DNA of 64,000 bases from Marsupella aquatica (GCA_973895155.1 OZ316891.1:19865048-19929047), one strand, 5' to 3'; positions 23,010-37,478 are shown, counted from the stretch's first letter. The notes: a model not told the origin generated them from the letters alone. Program-made: numbers and translations.

Positions 23010-23469
23010 AAAGCAGTATTTCCGATGCCATTCCGATACTATAATCATCCCACTCCATCCGAACAAAACCACGCCCTTCCGATGACTCTTATATCGGACT
23101 TTCCCATTCCAATACATTTGGATCTTCTGAATCTTAAAGCATCGGAATTTGCCATACTGATAATATTGGAAACTCCGATATTTAACCAAACGGAAGATTG
23201 TCGGACACAAATTAAACAAGAACAGGCAACAAGGTGGTTGTCCGATATTGTTGGCATCGGACATCAAAGTATCCAATATTGTAATTTATGGATATTCCGA
23301 TTTAGAAAATATTGGTTGTTCCGATATGTGTCCGATGGTCAATATCTGATGTTCAAACAATGGCATGTACCAATGTTGTGGTAATTGGAAGCCCCAAAAA
23401 CCTTGTCGCAAGTTGCCAAAGGGTTCCGATACTATCATTGCCAGAAAAGGGTGATAAAATGTACTAGTG
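23010..23469. repeat. CACTA subterminal repeats and terminus
   Basis: More than a dozen TCCGAW / WTCGGA motifs in both orientations, ending at ...GTACTAGTG. Confidence 0.8.
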
Positions 23470-23773
23470 ATGAGTTCACTATTTCACTAATTAAACTAAA
23501 CTAAACTTAGTGGACATCCACAAGTCGGATCATTAATACTAATATTCAAAAGTAGTCTTTCTCTGGCCAAACAAGGGCCGTTGTTGTGTTTTGCCTCAGT
23601 CAACAGAGAAAGACTTATCAATCACCATCTGCATGAAAGGGAAAACATATGCAAGTAGACAGAATTATATGAAAGGCTTGCCAATGCATCAATCTACTAT
23701 TGGCCTGATCAAACCCTCTTGGATTCAGTACTACATGTATTCAGCATACCAAAATAACTACTAAAAGCATATA

Positions 23774-24000
23774 GTGTTTAGTACCGAGAGTATTGAGTAC
23801 TATAACTAAGGTATTGGTATTAAGTACTATTGGTATTGGGTACTATATGTATTGAGTATTATATGTATTGAGTACTAAAGGTATTGAGTACTGTAAGTAT
23901 TGAGTACTAAAGGTATTGAGTACTATAAGTATTGAGGTATTTAGTACTAGCACCAGAAGTATTATGTATTATCAAACAAGTACTAGGTACTAAGTATTGT
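23774..24000. repeat. Degenerate 16-bp minisatellite (GTATTGAGTACTAWAR)
   Basis: About 10-12 tandem degenerate copies. Confidence 0.85.
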
Positions 24001-24521
24001 TGGACATGTACTTCAGCCACTATATATTATGTGTTTGACAGATATAGGTACTACAAACTGTCTTAGTATTATTGAATACATATAATAGATCAAACATCCA
24101 ACACTAATATTAGGGTCTTCTGTGCTTACTTGCCATTGGAATTCATTGGCTATATGTACATTGCCATCAAATTGCACACCTGCACACAAAACAACAGATA
24201 GGCAAAGACACAAATCAATGGACATGCACAGGCAGCCTTCTCACAAAGTTATAAAATTGATCAAGGCACCAACATGAAGTAAAGGTGGCTAGGGTACAGA
24301 GCATGGAAAATGATTAGGTAAGCTCTTGCTTGTACCTGGAACTTCAGGAGTATAGGTTCAATTAAATCACACTCGGATTTCCCCTACAATCAGAAGTGTT
24401 GCAATTAGAAACAAGCATAAACTGCAATAGCCAATGTAACTATGGTCTCCTGATGAATGACTTGCTGGAACAAAGAAAAATCCCTAGTTATAAACTGAAA
24501 CATTTTGGCATGTAAAGGAAA

Positions 24522-27500
24522 TTACCTATTTGCTGAATCCAAAATTGCTTGAAAAGTGTTAGGGGCAAACTCGAACCCTGGTGATCCCCTCAGTACTTTT
24601 ATCGGCACAAGTCCAAATTTTATGTGAACCACAGATGCCACATCAACATAGCTAATGCTAGATTTCTCGTTACGAACAAAGCAAGTCGGGTGCCTACCGT
24701 ATTGCTGAAACCAAGTGCCTGCCAAAACTACATCCCCCTTACAAAATTCAGCAGCATAGTCATCTGTGAAATCAATTTTAACAATGTGAGCCTTCTTTGT
24801 ACACAACAGAATGTAGAATTATGCTTTCCAAATGCTATTTTCTTCAGCCTTCACAGCAAAATAGTCACCTACTTCAACCAGATCACCAATGTAGCCTTCA
24901 TAGTCACAGGTCTGGCTGTCCAACCCACCGCCCATGTCTTCGATGATGGCTGCAATATCTCCAGGATTTTTGGGGTACACATAATCTACCTCCCATGGCA
25001 GAACATGCGCCTTATTTGCACAATGTTCCAGACTCTCTGGATGAAGTGCACACTTGTTGCAAAAGCAAGCTAGTTCTCTACATTTTAGCATCATGGGATT
25101 CTCAGGACTGTATCCCAAAAAACAATGCTTTTGTCTCACACCTTTGATAGGCAAACATTCAAGGGTTGAGGTCCGCTTCACCTCTTGCACACCAACCTCC
25201 CAGAAAAAATGCCTGACACCCTGCTTCTTGTCATACTCCATTTTCTTTCCCAAGCAAAAATGTTCCCTTAGAAACTCCACCACGTCCTTTTCACCCTCCA
25301 TCGGGTGCCCTCCTTCTTTCCGCAATTGCTCCTTTTGAAGAGCGTGCTTCACTCCACCTCCTAGTCCATCCTGTGCCAACAGGTATATAGCATCAAAGTT
25401 GTCATGTTGAAAGGAAATAAACATTAACATAAAACATAATAGTAAGAGAAGACCAAAAAAGAGTGGGAACTTGAATTATATTTACATGCACATCTTTCCC
25501 GTGCCCTGAGGCATGGAAACACCACAATAGTGGCACCCCATACTCATGGTAATATTTTGACATGTACAAAAAAGGACGGCAAGCTTTAAATTGTGTTGCT
25601 GACACTCGTCTGACCACATAATGTGATTGTTGACAAAGAATCCTTTCTCCCTCATCCACATCCAATGAAAATCCAGGTTGTGCTGCACAAAGAAGGTATC
25701 ATGGCTATTCCCTTGGAATGGTAGCCATAAATAAATCAATTCAGTTCCCCCGTGAAAAGCCCCACGGGGAGGGCGCACAAACAGACCAGGTTTCCCGGGA
25801 GGCAGCCAAGAAAGAACAGAGGGCCAAACCTCAAAAAACCAACCCAAATCCACCTAAGGCAAGGAATTACTCTCCCCGGAGACACCTACCAGCAACCCAA
25901 ACCCACACCACACAAACTCACAACCAGCTTGAGGGCATCAGTGCCCCCAGAACCAAACATCCATTGGTCTCAACGTTCAAACATCACTGCAAAATCAAAG
26001 TCACCCAGCGGAAGTGAAACTGATCCCCCCGCTGCCAAGCCAGCTCCTGCGAAGCCCATCGATACATGATTTAGCGCGCAGCAGGCGAGTGCACTTCTTG
26101 CCCGGGGGGCAACGCCGACCAGCAGCGAATAAGTTTTCCACTGCCTCTGACAGTACAAGTCCCAGGTCAAACACACGTCTCCCCCCCGTCTGAAACATGT
26201 GAGTGTTTCTCCCAATCCAGAGCCTCCAGAGAATCTGGTGCAAGACAAAAAGTTGCGCCACTCGGATCGGCTCCCTCCCACAGGCTGCATCTAAAAGGGC
26301 CATCAGCCCTTGTCCAATTGGCATATCCAGCGCACTCAACGAGGTCAAACAGAGACGCCAGCAACAGACAACATGTGCACATTGGAAAAAAAGGTGAGGG
26401 ATGGTTTCCAGCCGTCCGCTGCACAACTTGCAGTCACCATTGCTCACCTCTAATCTAAGTGCACGGGCCCCAGTGAACAAGCCCCCCACAATGATCCTCC
26501 ATATAAAGGTCTTGCCTCTGGTTGGTAAATCCGATCTCCACAGTCTGGACCAGCTCTCATTCCATCCTCTCTCCTCTCGGGTAAGAGACCAGATCCTATT
26601 CAGGCGTTCGTGATTTGAGGTCTTGGGCCGCAAGAAGTCATACACTCTGCAATTCTGAATTCTGAAATCCTTCAATGGTTCAGGTCTATCTGTCCACCTC
26701 CACTGTTTGGCATACAGGAAGTACTCTGACCGGCAGTGTGAAGCGCTCCATATACTTTCCAAGAACTTCCGTGCAAGCAATTGATGCTCTGCAGAGAATC
26801 CACGCATGTTGCTCCATCTAAGCGGGAGGTCATCTGAAATACAAAAAAGTGATAATCAGCCTCAATAAATTGGGTGATCCTTTGACCATTTTTGTCACAC
26901 ACCATAGGGTTGTCCTCCTCATTGTCATACTGGTGCGGGTAGGTGATCAGAACAAGAATGGTGATTTGTCTATTATCCCAATGAAGGGATTGTACCTCGT
27001 CCTGTGATGCAAACGTGTAATTCTCTGCAAATGTCAATGGAACTGACTATGGTACCTTTCGGAAAGGACTTAAGACAATTTTGGTACTGCTCAGCTTGCC
27101 ATCTAGCATAGAAGTCATGTTTTATAAATGTTTGTATAGAACCTGTCACCTTTTCCATGAACACCACCATTGAGGTGACTTTACTTACTAATCTAAGCCT
27201 CTTTGTAGCCTTAGAAAGTTGTGCATCATCATTCTGGACTTTCTTCTTTCTCACACTATTTGGCTTTGGCAAATCATCTAGGTTAACATACTCATAAGTT
27301 TGCCACACCACAGATTCCGTCTCTTCATCCACTCTTTCCTCCCATGGACACAAATCTAACAGCCCTGGCCCACAGTCCTCACAATCACCTACCAAACAAC
27401 CACTCTTGTGCCAAAGATCACCTTCTCCTTTTGCACATAAGGTCTCTGCACACCACTCTCTCACAGACAATTGTGTATGCTTGTGAGCTTTGCATGGTTC

Positions 27501-29158
27501 ATCAGTACCATGACTCAGTCCAACAACAATAGGGGAACAAACTACACATTGACATGTGCAATCTGGAGGATGCTGAGATTGTTGTTGCTTGGCAAATTAA
27601 GGCTTTGCAAAGTAGGTGCATCTCAACATGTTGCTTGTAGCAACAAACATCCCTATCTTTCATTGTACGTATAAAATAAGGTTTAAGGGCTTGAAAAGAT
27701 CGCAAACCAATTGTGTACGCTTTTTGCTCTTTCTTCAACCATTCCTGGAACTTGAAAAAGTACTCCGCTTGTAGCAAAAACGCAGCATATATTCATGAGC
27801 AAATTCAGCTGTACTCATGCAAATCACTATTAACGCAACATATATTCATGAGAAAATTTAGTTGTACTTAAATCACTATTGAATACACAGTACACTTGTG
27901 GCCTCTCACTACACAATTAAAAACATTACCTCAGTATCCTCCAGGCGGTGAGTCCTATGCTCCTCATATTATTCTTTGCAATCCTTTTTCTAGCAAAATC
28001 CTTCTTGCCTGGATCAGGCCTGGTAAATGCCTCCCAAAACCAGGCAACATCTCCTCAAATCTCCTCAGAATGTCGATCACTCCTTTTCTTTCGCTGACCC
28101 ATTGGAAAACACAATGTGGCATCACCATCCAACATAATTCTTCTCTTACTAGCAGCATACAGAGGGTCTCTTTTCATACACAATGCTCGAGCACGCAAGA
28201 GAAGATTGGTATCTTGCATTCACAATCTTGGGACTAGTGAAGGAAGCTAGTAGAATATCTTTGGCCGCTTTGTGATCTTCACGCCTTGCATACTTTATTG
28301 TATTCAAAATTTTCTTTACATCACCAATAGCTGTACTCCATGATAGATCCACTTTAGGGCAGCCTAGTGAAGTGGGGTGCAATTGAACCATTCCCTATGA
28401 GTCCAAAAATGCTCCATGATGATCTTCTTAGCAGCAAAATTATGTCTTCTCGTTAATTTGGGAAAGTGCTTTACCATCTCAGTGACAACTTGGGTCTGGC
28501 TATAGACACTTCTGTTTGGGATATCAGAGGCATCATGATTCTTGATTACCTCACCAAGTAGACACCGCTTCTTCAAACAAGACTTCTATTGTCTCCTTCT
28601 AGCTGATGCACGCATAGCCTCTTGCGTGGCCACCACTATTGCATATATCTCCATTGTAAGACTGATCATTTGCACTCCTCTCCTCCGCTGATCTCAACCT
28701 GGACTCCAAATCAATAGTTTGATTCTACAAGTCATGAATTTGGTATTCCAAAGTTGCAAACTCCCCAACAATTGTAGCCAAATTTCATCCTTGAAGTTGT
28801 CAGCCTGCTCTCTTGCGTTAGCAAGCAGCTTCTCTGCCTCTATTGTGGCCTCTCGTCCAACCTGAACAAGTAGCTTCTCCACCTCTATGGTAGCCTTGTG
28901 ACTAGCTTGACCAATCAATTGCTCTGACTCTATTGTAGCCTTATGTCTAGCCTCAGCAAGCAACTTCTTGGCCTCTATGGCAGCCTCCTGAATCACCAGC
29001 TTCTCTACCTGCCCTTGAACATCTTGCAAATTTTCTCTGGCAAGTGTTCTTACTGCATTCACTGCTTGCCCTGCCCTACGCTCTCTTGTCTTAAAATTTT
29101 GTTGGTCTCTTTCGAGGTCTCTTTTAGCTTTTGCTGCTTCATCCCAAACACTACTCAT
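24522..29158 (-). pseudogene. Sola2-like DDE transposase, spliced and disrupted
   Basis: FQALKPYFI...RDVCC..HVE, C..GDCEDCG, D/FAENYTFASQDEVQSLHW..QITIL, SDD..SHDTFFVQH, WSDEC..QFK, SGHGK, DGLGGGVK. Interrupted by a LINE between SDD and SHD. Confidence 0.75.
25711..26828 (-). mobile_element. 5'-truncated L1-like LINE with zf-RVT domain
   Basis: WSRLWRSDLPTRGKTFIWRI...CKLCSGRLETIPHLFFQC is the zf-RVT signature. The 3' UTR has a hairpin and an AT-rich end. It splits the Sola2 reading frame. Confidence 0.9.
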
Positions 29159-30380
29159 GATGTTGGGTTAACACCATGAGATCATGTGTGAGGGTAGAGA
29201 TTCACTCACTGCCATTGCACTTGCGCTGCCCTATTTGTTCTCCTAAACGCAGAGTAATGTCGTAGAGTAAGGAACTAAGGAAGGTCCATTTGCTACAAGG
29301 TCAGACGTTTCCAGTCCTTGATGTCCCTTAGACCACAATGCACGGTATTGCGACGCAAAATGCAATGTTCACTCAAGCTCCATGTCTCAATTGATCCTGA
29401 CCCTGTTTGTTCTCCTAAACGCAGAGTAATGCCGCAGATCGAGTAAGAAGCTAATGAAGGTTAGGGGTTCCAAGAAAAACCAAATCTAATTAAACTAATC
29501 AGAAGGTGTAAGGAGCAATGCAACTTACTCATAATACAACTTACTCAAAATAGATATAAGGCGCAAATAGGAGTTCTTAAATTGCTCAAAAAGTTTCATA
29601 GGTCACATGAATGACCAAACGTACCGTCCCATGTAAGCCCGCTTGCCATTCCCACTTGCCATCTCCATTCGCCACGAGGTCAGATGTTTCCATTCCTTAC
29701 TATCCCTTCGACGATGATGCACGACAATGTGACCCTTTTTGCAACACTCAAGCTCCAAACACGGGCAAAAGAAGATGAATGTCAAACACGAAAAGAACAA
29801 GGTAACCCCAAATTTGGCAACGCGATGTCTCAATGTCTGCTTGTTTTGACAGAAAAACTTACAAGTAACGTGCGTCCGCGAGTATTGATCACTGCATTTC
29901 TGCAACGCAATGTCCATGCCTGCAGCTTGTTTCTCTCAAGAAAAACTTACTCTTAAGAAAAACTTATAGATTGTGTGATGCGGTCCATGAGTAGATGACA
30001 CATAAAGATGTTTATCAAAATATTCCTGACCTAACGCACCATGTACCATGGACTTGGGTTCATGCATAGAGTTCAAAGCAGGGTCAACACAAGTTACAAA
30101 GTATTTAAATTTCAAGAAAGTACTAAGCTTAGTACCTTAAGTGACAATGTCGACTGTGGGTAGTGAAGGGCAGTTCACCAAGGAAATCATCACCTTTACT
30201 TCTTGGGCTACACACTAATTATTGTCTAATCTTGGCCATCCATTCAAGTACATCTGAGCCCTTCCATGGTCCTTTTTGGTCCCTCAAGTACCATCCTCTA
30301 TGGTATTTGAAATGTGACATTTGTGACATCAAATAATACCCCCTCTAGATTGCTTTTGGCCATGTCACAACCGTTATGCC

Positions 30381-31380
30381 TTAGTGATGGTGGAGCACTT
30401 TTATAAATGGATTGAGTTGGTTGCATTGCCAGATAAAGATAGTGAAGGAGTTTCCTATTCCTTTCTGGATCATGTATTGAGCCATTTTGGTGCTCCAGCT
30501 GAGGTTTTGACTGACTAGGGGACTGAGTTTTGTGGACCGAGATTTTAAGGTCTTGTGTCATCAAGCATTGATTGATCACCGTACGACGTCTAAGGATCAT
30601 CCACAGGCAGATGGATTGGTAGAGAGAGTTGTCCAGACAGTGAAGAGAGGATTGCGGAAGTATGGCTTGCAGATGGGTCACATGAGTGATTGGGATATCT
30701 AGCTACCATGGTTAGCAATGAGATATCGCTTCAGTAGACAAACATCTCTTGCATCCTTTTCACCGTATTTGCTGCTCTATGGTAGGGATCGAGCCAATGT
30801 TGCCAATAGCCATTTGACAAGAGGTTGGTGAGGTGTTACAGTTGGATGACCCTGATATGTGGATGCGAGATTGTTCCTAACGGGCAAAATTGTTTTGGAG
30901 AGTGATGCCCATGGCGTTTGAGAACTTAGCTATTACGCAGCATCGGGGTACTTTGAGGTATGCCACTATTTGGGGAGGAGGATATCACCCTAGCATTAGG
31001 TGATTTCATTTTGGAGATTGTGTATCTGCAACAAACAACACCTACTACTTTGGATGTTATTGTAGGACGTATTGTTCTGCGAGTGCAGACGAGAATGCAG
31101 AAGGTTTTGCCATCAGACATCCTGGTTTTAGAAGGTCGTGATGGTATGCTTTGGAAGGATCATGTGCACAATTGTGCACCTTGTCACCTTCCAAATATTG
31201 ATGATAACATAGATCCTAGTGGTATCTGTAGGCTTATAGTGTATGTTATGTGGATCTGCCCGAGGAGCTACAACCATGTTGATTTGTGATAGTTGCTCAA
31301 GAGGTTGGCACTTGGCGTGTTTGATGCCACCTCTTGATTAAGTCCCTGAGGGACGGTGGTTGTGTCCTAATTGTAGATAG
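30381..31380 (+). pseudogene. Ty3/gypsy integrase with C-terminal PHD finger
   Basis: LVMVEHFYKWIELVAL...FGAPAEVLTD*GTEF...HPQADGLVERVVQTVK...SPYLLLYGR, then MLICDSCSRGWHLACLMPPL..VPEGRWLCPNC. Confidence 0.9.
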
Positions 31381-31556
31381 ATATTGAATTTAGTTAGCAT
31401 AAAACTTATTAGGTAGTATGGATTGCAGACAGGCGACGAACGATGGGGCTCCTTGGCACCTGGCCTCTTGATCTGTGCACCAAAATGGTGTATGCTTCCT
31501 TTTAGTTTTAGGGCTAGCTGTAGTTAGTGGGACCTAATCACCAGCTAGGGGGAGGC

Positions 31557-32153
31557 TATGGATTTTGGCGGACATGTGTTGTGTGTCGTGTCACGATTAT
31601 CTTTTTCTTGTTTACATGGTGTGTCGCGATGTGAGTTGTGCATGGATGTGTGTTCGCACGACAATTGTTACTCCATGTTGCATTTAGGTTGCAACTTTGT
31701 TGGTTGCACATGTTGTGTTGTGAGTTTGGGAGGGTGACCTGGTATAGCAGGTCACCTGGTAGGGATAACCTGTTCACGCAGGTCACCATGCCCTTTGTAC
31801 CATGGGGGTATACCTTGGAGAGTGAGGATTAGCTCATCATTCTTCAAAGTTGAGCCTTCAGGCACTAGTAGAGCTCGTGTGAGTGTGCCTATGGTGAGAG
31901 AGAGAAAGTGTATGTTGATTGGCATGTAGAGCGACATTAGCAGGGTTTTGCTATGTGTATAGACTCGGAGTTCTCCATGGCTAGTGGGTGAGTTTGGCTC
32001 GACTTAGTGATACCTTGCGGTGGGGTTCCATTTTGTAAGAGATTGTTATGGATTTTGGTGTACATGTGTTGTGTGTCGTGTGATTATCCTTTTCTTGTTT
32101 ACATGGTGTGCCGTGATGTGAGTTGTGTATGGATGTGTGTCCGCACGACAACA
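31557..32153 (+). repeat. 3' LTR of the gypsy element, with ~105-bp direct repeats at both ends
   Basis: Follows the purine tract AGGGGGAGG (31547-31555). 31557-31663 is repeated at 32047-32150. Ends in CA. Confidence 0.7.
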
Positions 32154-32580
32154 TCTTTTACTTGATAACATCTTTCACATAACGACATCTTTTTACTTCA
32201 TGACATCATGACATCTTTCACATAATGACATCTTTTGTGCAATGCACGGGTAATGAACTATTTTGTACTTCACAACATTGTTATACTTAAAGAAAACCTT
32301 TGGCATATCGCTTTCCAACATCATTGGCAACACCACCTCTATTTGATTTCTTGGCCGACACGACATTTTTTGTTCTCACCAACATCTTGGCCGACCTGAC
32401 AACTTTTGTTCTCAACGACATCTTGGGCGACACAACATCTTTCTTCTCAACGACCTCTTGGCCAATACGACATCTTTTGTTCTCAACAACATCTTGGGCA
32501 ACACAACATCTTCTTCTCAACAATCTCTTGGCTGACACGACATCTTTTATTCTCAACGACATCTTGGCTGTCACGACATC
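32154..32580. repeat. Degenerate ~30-bp tandem repeat (TTCTCAACGACATCTTGGCCGACACGACATC)
   Basis: About 8 clear copies at 32345-32580, with decayed GACATC units upstream. Confidence 0.8.
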
Positions 32581-32599
32581 ATTTGTGCTACGCACGTGT

Positions 32600-33130
32600 A
32601 TTGAACTAGTATTGTTAAACAACTGGTTTGGCTCTTTGGTTATGTCATTGGAACATATCAAGTAATGTTCAAATATTATTGAGTCATATATTGTTAAGCA
32701 GTTGGTTTGGCATTCTGGTTATGTCATGGGAAGAGTGAGGTTATCAAGTAAATGAATTGTGTTCAAATAATATTGAATCTCATGTATTGTCATGACACCT
32801 TGATATGTCATGGAAGAAGGAGGTTATCAAGTAAGTGAATTGTGTTCAAATAATATTGAATCTCATGTATTGTCATGGCTCTTTGTTGATTATCTCACGA
32901 AAAAGGGAGGTTATCAAGGAAGTGAGATGTGTTCAAATAGTAATGAATCTCATGTATTGTTAATCAGCTATTCTCATGTATTGTTAATCAGCTATTCTCA
33001 TGTATTGTTAATCAGCTGGTCTGGCTCTTTGGTGATGTAATTTGATTAGCTCATGGAAATGGGAGGTTATCAAGGAAATGAGATGTGTTCAAATAGTAAT
33101 GAGCCATGTATTGTTAATCAGCTGGTCCGG
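32600..33130. repeat. Degenerate ~85-bp tandem repeat with an internal 24-bp triplication
   Basis: GGTTATCAAG...TGTGTTCAAATA...CATGTATTGT at ~32739, 32822, 32909 and 33065. Confidence 0.8.
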
Positions 33131-33361
33131 CTCAGATTATTTGGAGGCTCCTATATGGTGAATCCACCTTTCAGATTTTGTCTCATTCATATTTTGTGTC
33201 AAGTATTTTGATTTTAATGTGCCTTAACAAGGTAAATCATCTGTATTAATTTGATTTTGAATTAACTTTAGGACCTCTCTTAATTTTAGTGAATTTATAG
33301 TATTTTGAATATATTTGGCTCCCCTCATCAAGGTTTAATCTTTACTTTTCAATCACTCCTT

Positions 33362-33770
33362 AGTGAATTCTCTTTCTTCTCATGAGAGTGTAAGAAATGA
33401 ATTTGATCAATGTGAACATCTGGTGTATTAAGTTCCCTTGATGGTTTACTTGCAAAATTTATGATTTTAATTGAATGACATTACCTAGAAGCAAGTGAAA
33501 ATTCTCTTTCTTCTCATGAGAGTGTAAGAAATGAATTTGATCAATGTGAACATCTGGTGTATTAAGTTCCCTTGATGGTTTACTTGCAAAATTTATGATT
33601 TTAATTGAATGACATTACCTAGAAGCAAGTGAAAATTCTCTTTCTTCTCATGAGAGTGTAAGAAATGAATTTGATCAATGTGAACATCTGGTGTATTAAG
33701 TTCACTTGATGGTTTACTTGCAAAATTTATGATTTTAATTGAATGACATTGTCTAGAAGCAAGTGAAAAT
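33362..33770. repeat. Near-perfect 134-bp tandem triplication
   Basis: ATTCTCTTTCTTCTCATGAG at 33367, 33501 and 33635. Confidence 0.95.
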
Positions 33771-35037
33771 CTGTGCTGTTTGTGCACAACTCAACTCTTT
33801 AGTACCTTTGTAATTTCTTGGTCATAATGTGATTTTATGTGCATATATTTTACATGTCCCTACTTAAATGAATTAAGTATCACTAGAAGACAAAAAAAGA
33901 GACATGTTCTAGGATTAACATGCTATATCTTTATGCTATATCTTTATATATCACTAGAAGACAAATAAAATAAAATTACATATCATTAGAAGAAAAAGAC
34001 ATGTTCCGGGACGAAGATGCTATATATCAAGCTCTTTGGTGAAAAAGTCTTTGGTGAAAAAGTCATGTTCCAGGTGAACATGCTATATATCCGGCTCTTT
34101 GGTGATATAATTTGTTCGAGGGCTAGAGTTCTCGAATGAAATCCCTACAGCATTGAGTAGTTGCGTGGAGCATTTCTTTGAGCACAATATTTTAGTGCTA
34201 AGCCTGGTGGGCTGGGTTGGGCATGGGTGGATGTTGAGGGGCAATCGCAATGGCAGCCGGTCAAGCGTTTTTAAGTTTAAATGTCGTAAAAAGTTGTATG
34301 CTCATGCAAGGCATTCATCTGGCAATAAAGTTGAATTTAATGGCAATTTGTGTGATCACATTAGCATGACCTCATAAGTGACAATTTTGATGCGCACTTT
34401 TGATCAATAAGTCATGAGAGGGTTGCCAGAAAGTCATCTACATCGAGAGAAATTGTGTACCGTGGTGCCTACATTTCAGTGCTAATGCTACAGATTAACT
34501 ACCGTTAAAGATCGACCGCATAAGAAATGTCATGCACTTCTACGGTTTCAAAGTACGTCCACGCCTTTGAAGTAGATCTTACTCGGCTTCGAAAGTGCAA
34601 CTACATGTTACAGTCGCCTAGTGTTCTAAAAGATGGCGAAGGAATCAGCATTTTGACAAAATACATTTCGCAGTATTCATCAAGGAAGCTTACGTATCAA
34701 GCGTTGCTCTCACCTTCATACATTCTGCGTATCGAAGACAGTTTCATTCCAATAGCATGTCGAACACCTTCATTAAGTCAATATAACCACATGAGTTTGA
34801 ATAGTAAAATTTTAAAAACGTTCCGGATGGTGCTCAGCAGACCGGCAACACCTGCCTAACAGGATCAAAGTAAAAATCTAAAGCCGTGACAAAGCCTCGC
34901 CACCGCCTGTCCAGCACCCAAGTCTGCTTTTGACGGGCCAACAGCATCCTTCGGAAAAGGGTTGTAAACAGGGAGGATAAGGCTACAAGTATCTTCACGA
35001 TTGCATCAGGTTCGGACCACAATCCCATCAGCACGGT

Positions 35038-36631
<1,594 letters not shown>

Positions 36632-36777
36632 TCACAAAATCTGGCAAAGATTCTCAAGGTCAGGGAACAGTGGACTCCGGCACTTTCAATACAAGCTACT
36701 AAACATCGAAAAAACCTCGAAGAGAAAAGCTCACGCAGGCGGCGAAGACGTACGCAAACCTATCAGATAGAAAACGT

Positions 36778-36790
36778 AAACCCTAAACCC
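36778..36790 (+). promoter_or_regulatory. Telo-box in the EF1-alpha 5' UTR intron
   Basis: AAACCCTAAACCC. Telo-boxes are established elements of plant EF1-alpha and ribosomal-protein genes. A second telo-like TTTTAGGGTT lies at ~37153. Confidence 0.55.
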
Positions 36791-37382
36791 AGTGCAAGCA
36801 ACGGAAGATAGAAAACATCGAAGACAGAGGATCAGCAAGCAAGAAGGCAAACACTTGAAACGATAGCTGATTTAACCCTCCGTGCAAAACCCAATCCAGG
36901 CGTACCGAAGAATCCGAATCCTCCAAAAACAAGACCCACGGAAGAAGGCAGCAGAGAGCTCAAACGACAGCTTACCACAAACACAGCGACACCGACCTGT
37001 AGCTGGACGACCACCAACGACGAGCAGAGATGAAACAGCAAGTGGCCTACTCACCGATGAGTACCAAGAAGCTCGCTCGATCTCGAAGTCGAAGCGCAGA
37101 GTTGCGCAAAGCTCTCACGACCTCAGACGATAATAAGAAGAACCGAAAGGAGTTTTAGGGTTGCGGCGGAGGGTCTTGTAACTGGGAGAGCCCCTCCTGT
37201 GTTGGCTAGTTGAAGATATTCGGTTCCATGGGCTTCACATCTGTACCCTTTGCGTCACTCCCTCCCCTCGCTTAGGTTCCATGCGCTGGACCGATCGGTC
37301 AATCGACGGTAGGTGGGCATTCATTTCGGTAAACTCTGTAATCCTACGGCCGCCCACTACTGTGATGGAGCTTATTAATTAA

Positions 37383-37478
37383 TTAAGTGCGTCCTACGAA
37401 AACCAAAGCTTATGTTTTAAGTGCGGCCTACGAAAACCAAAGCTTATGTATTAAGTGTGTGGCCTACGAAAACCAAAG
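37383..37478. repeat. 34-bp tandem repeat, ~3 copies, upstream of EF1-alpha
   Basis: TTAAGTGYG.CCTACGAAAACCAAAG at 37383, 37417 and 37451. Confidence 0.9.

Larger units (their letters stand above)
14330..23469. mobile_element. CACTA (En/Spm) DNA transposon, one terminus retained, with nested insertions
   Basis: TAGTG (reverse complement CACTA) at 23465-23469 preceded by subterminal TCCGAT/ATCGGA repeats. Transposase_21 pseudogene on the minus strand and a TnpA-like ORF on the plus strand. That both ORFs belong to one element is inferred. Confidence 0.7.

Noticed and set aside
32154-33770. CRISPR-like arrays in the short-repeat regions (also 23774-24000, 37383-37478, 63136-63537)
   Set aside because: These are degenerate tandem repeats without unique spacers, in a eukaryotic context with no cas genes.
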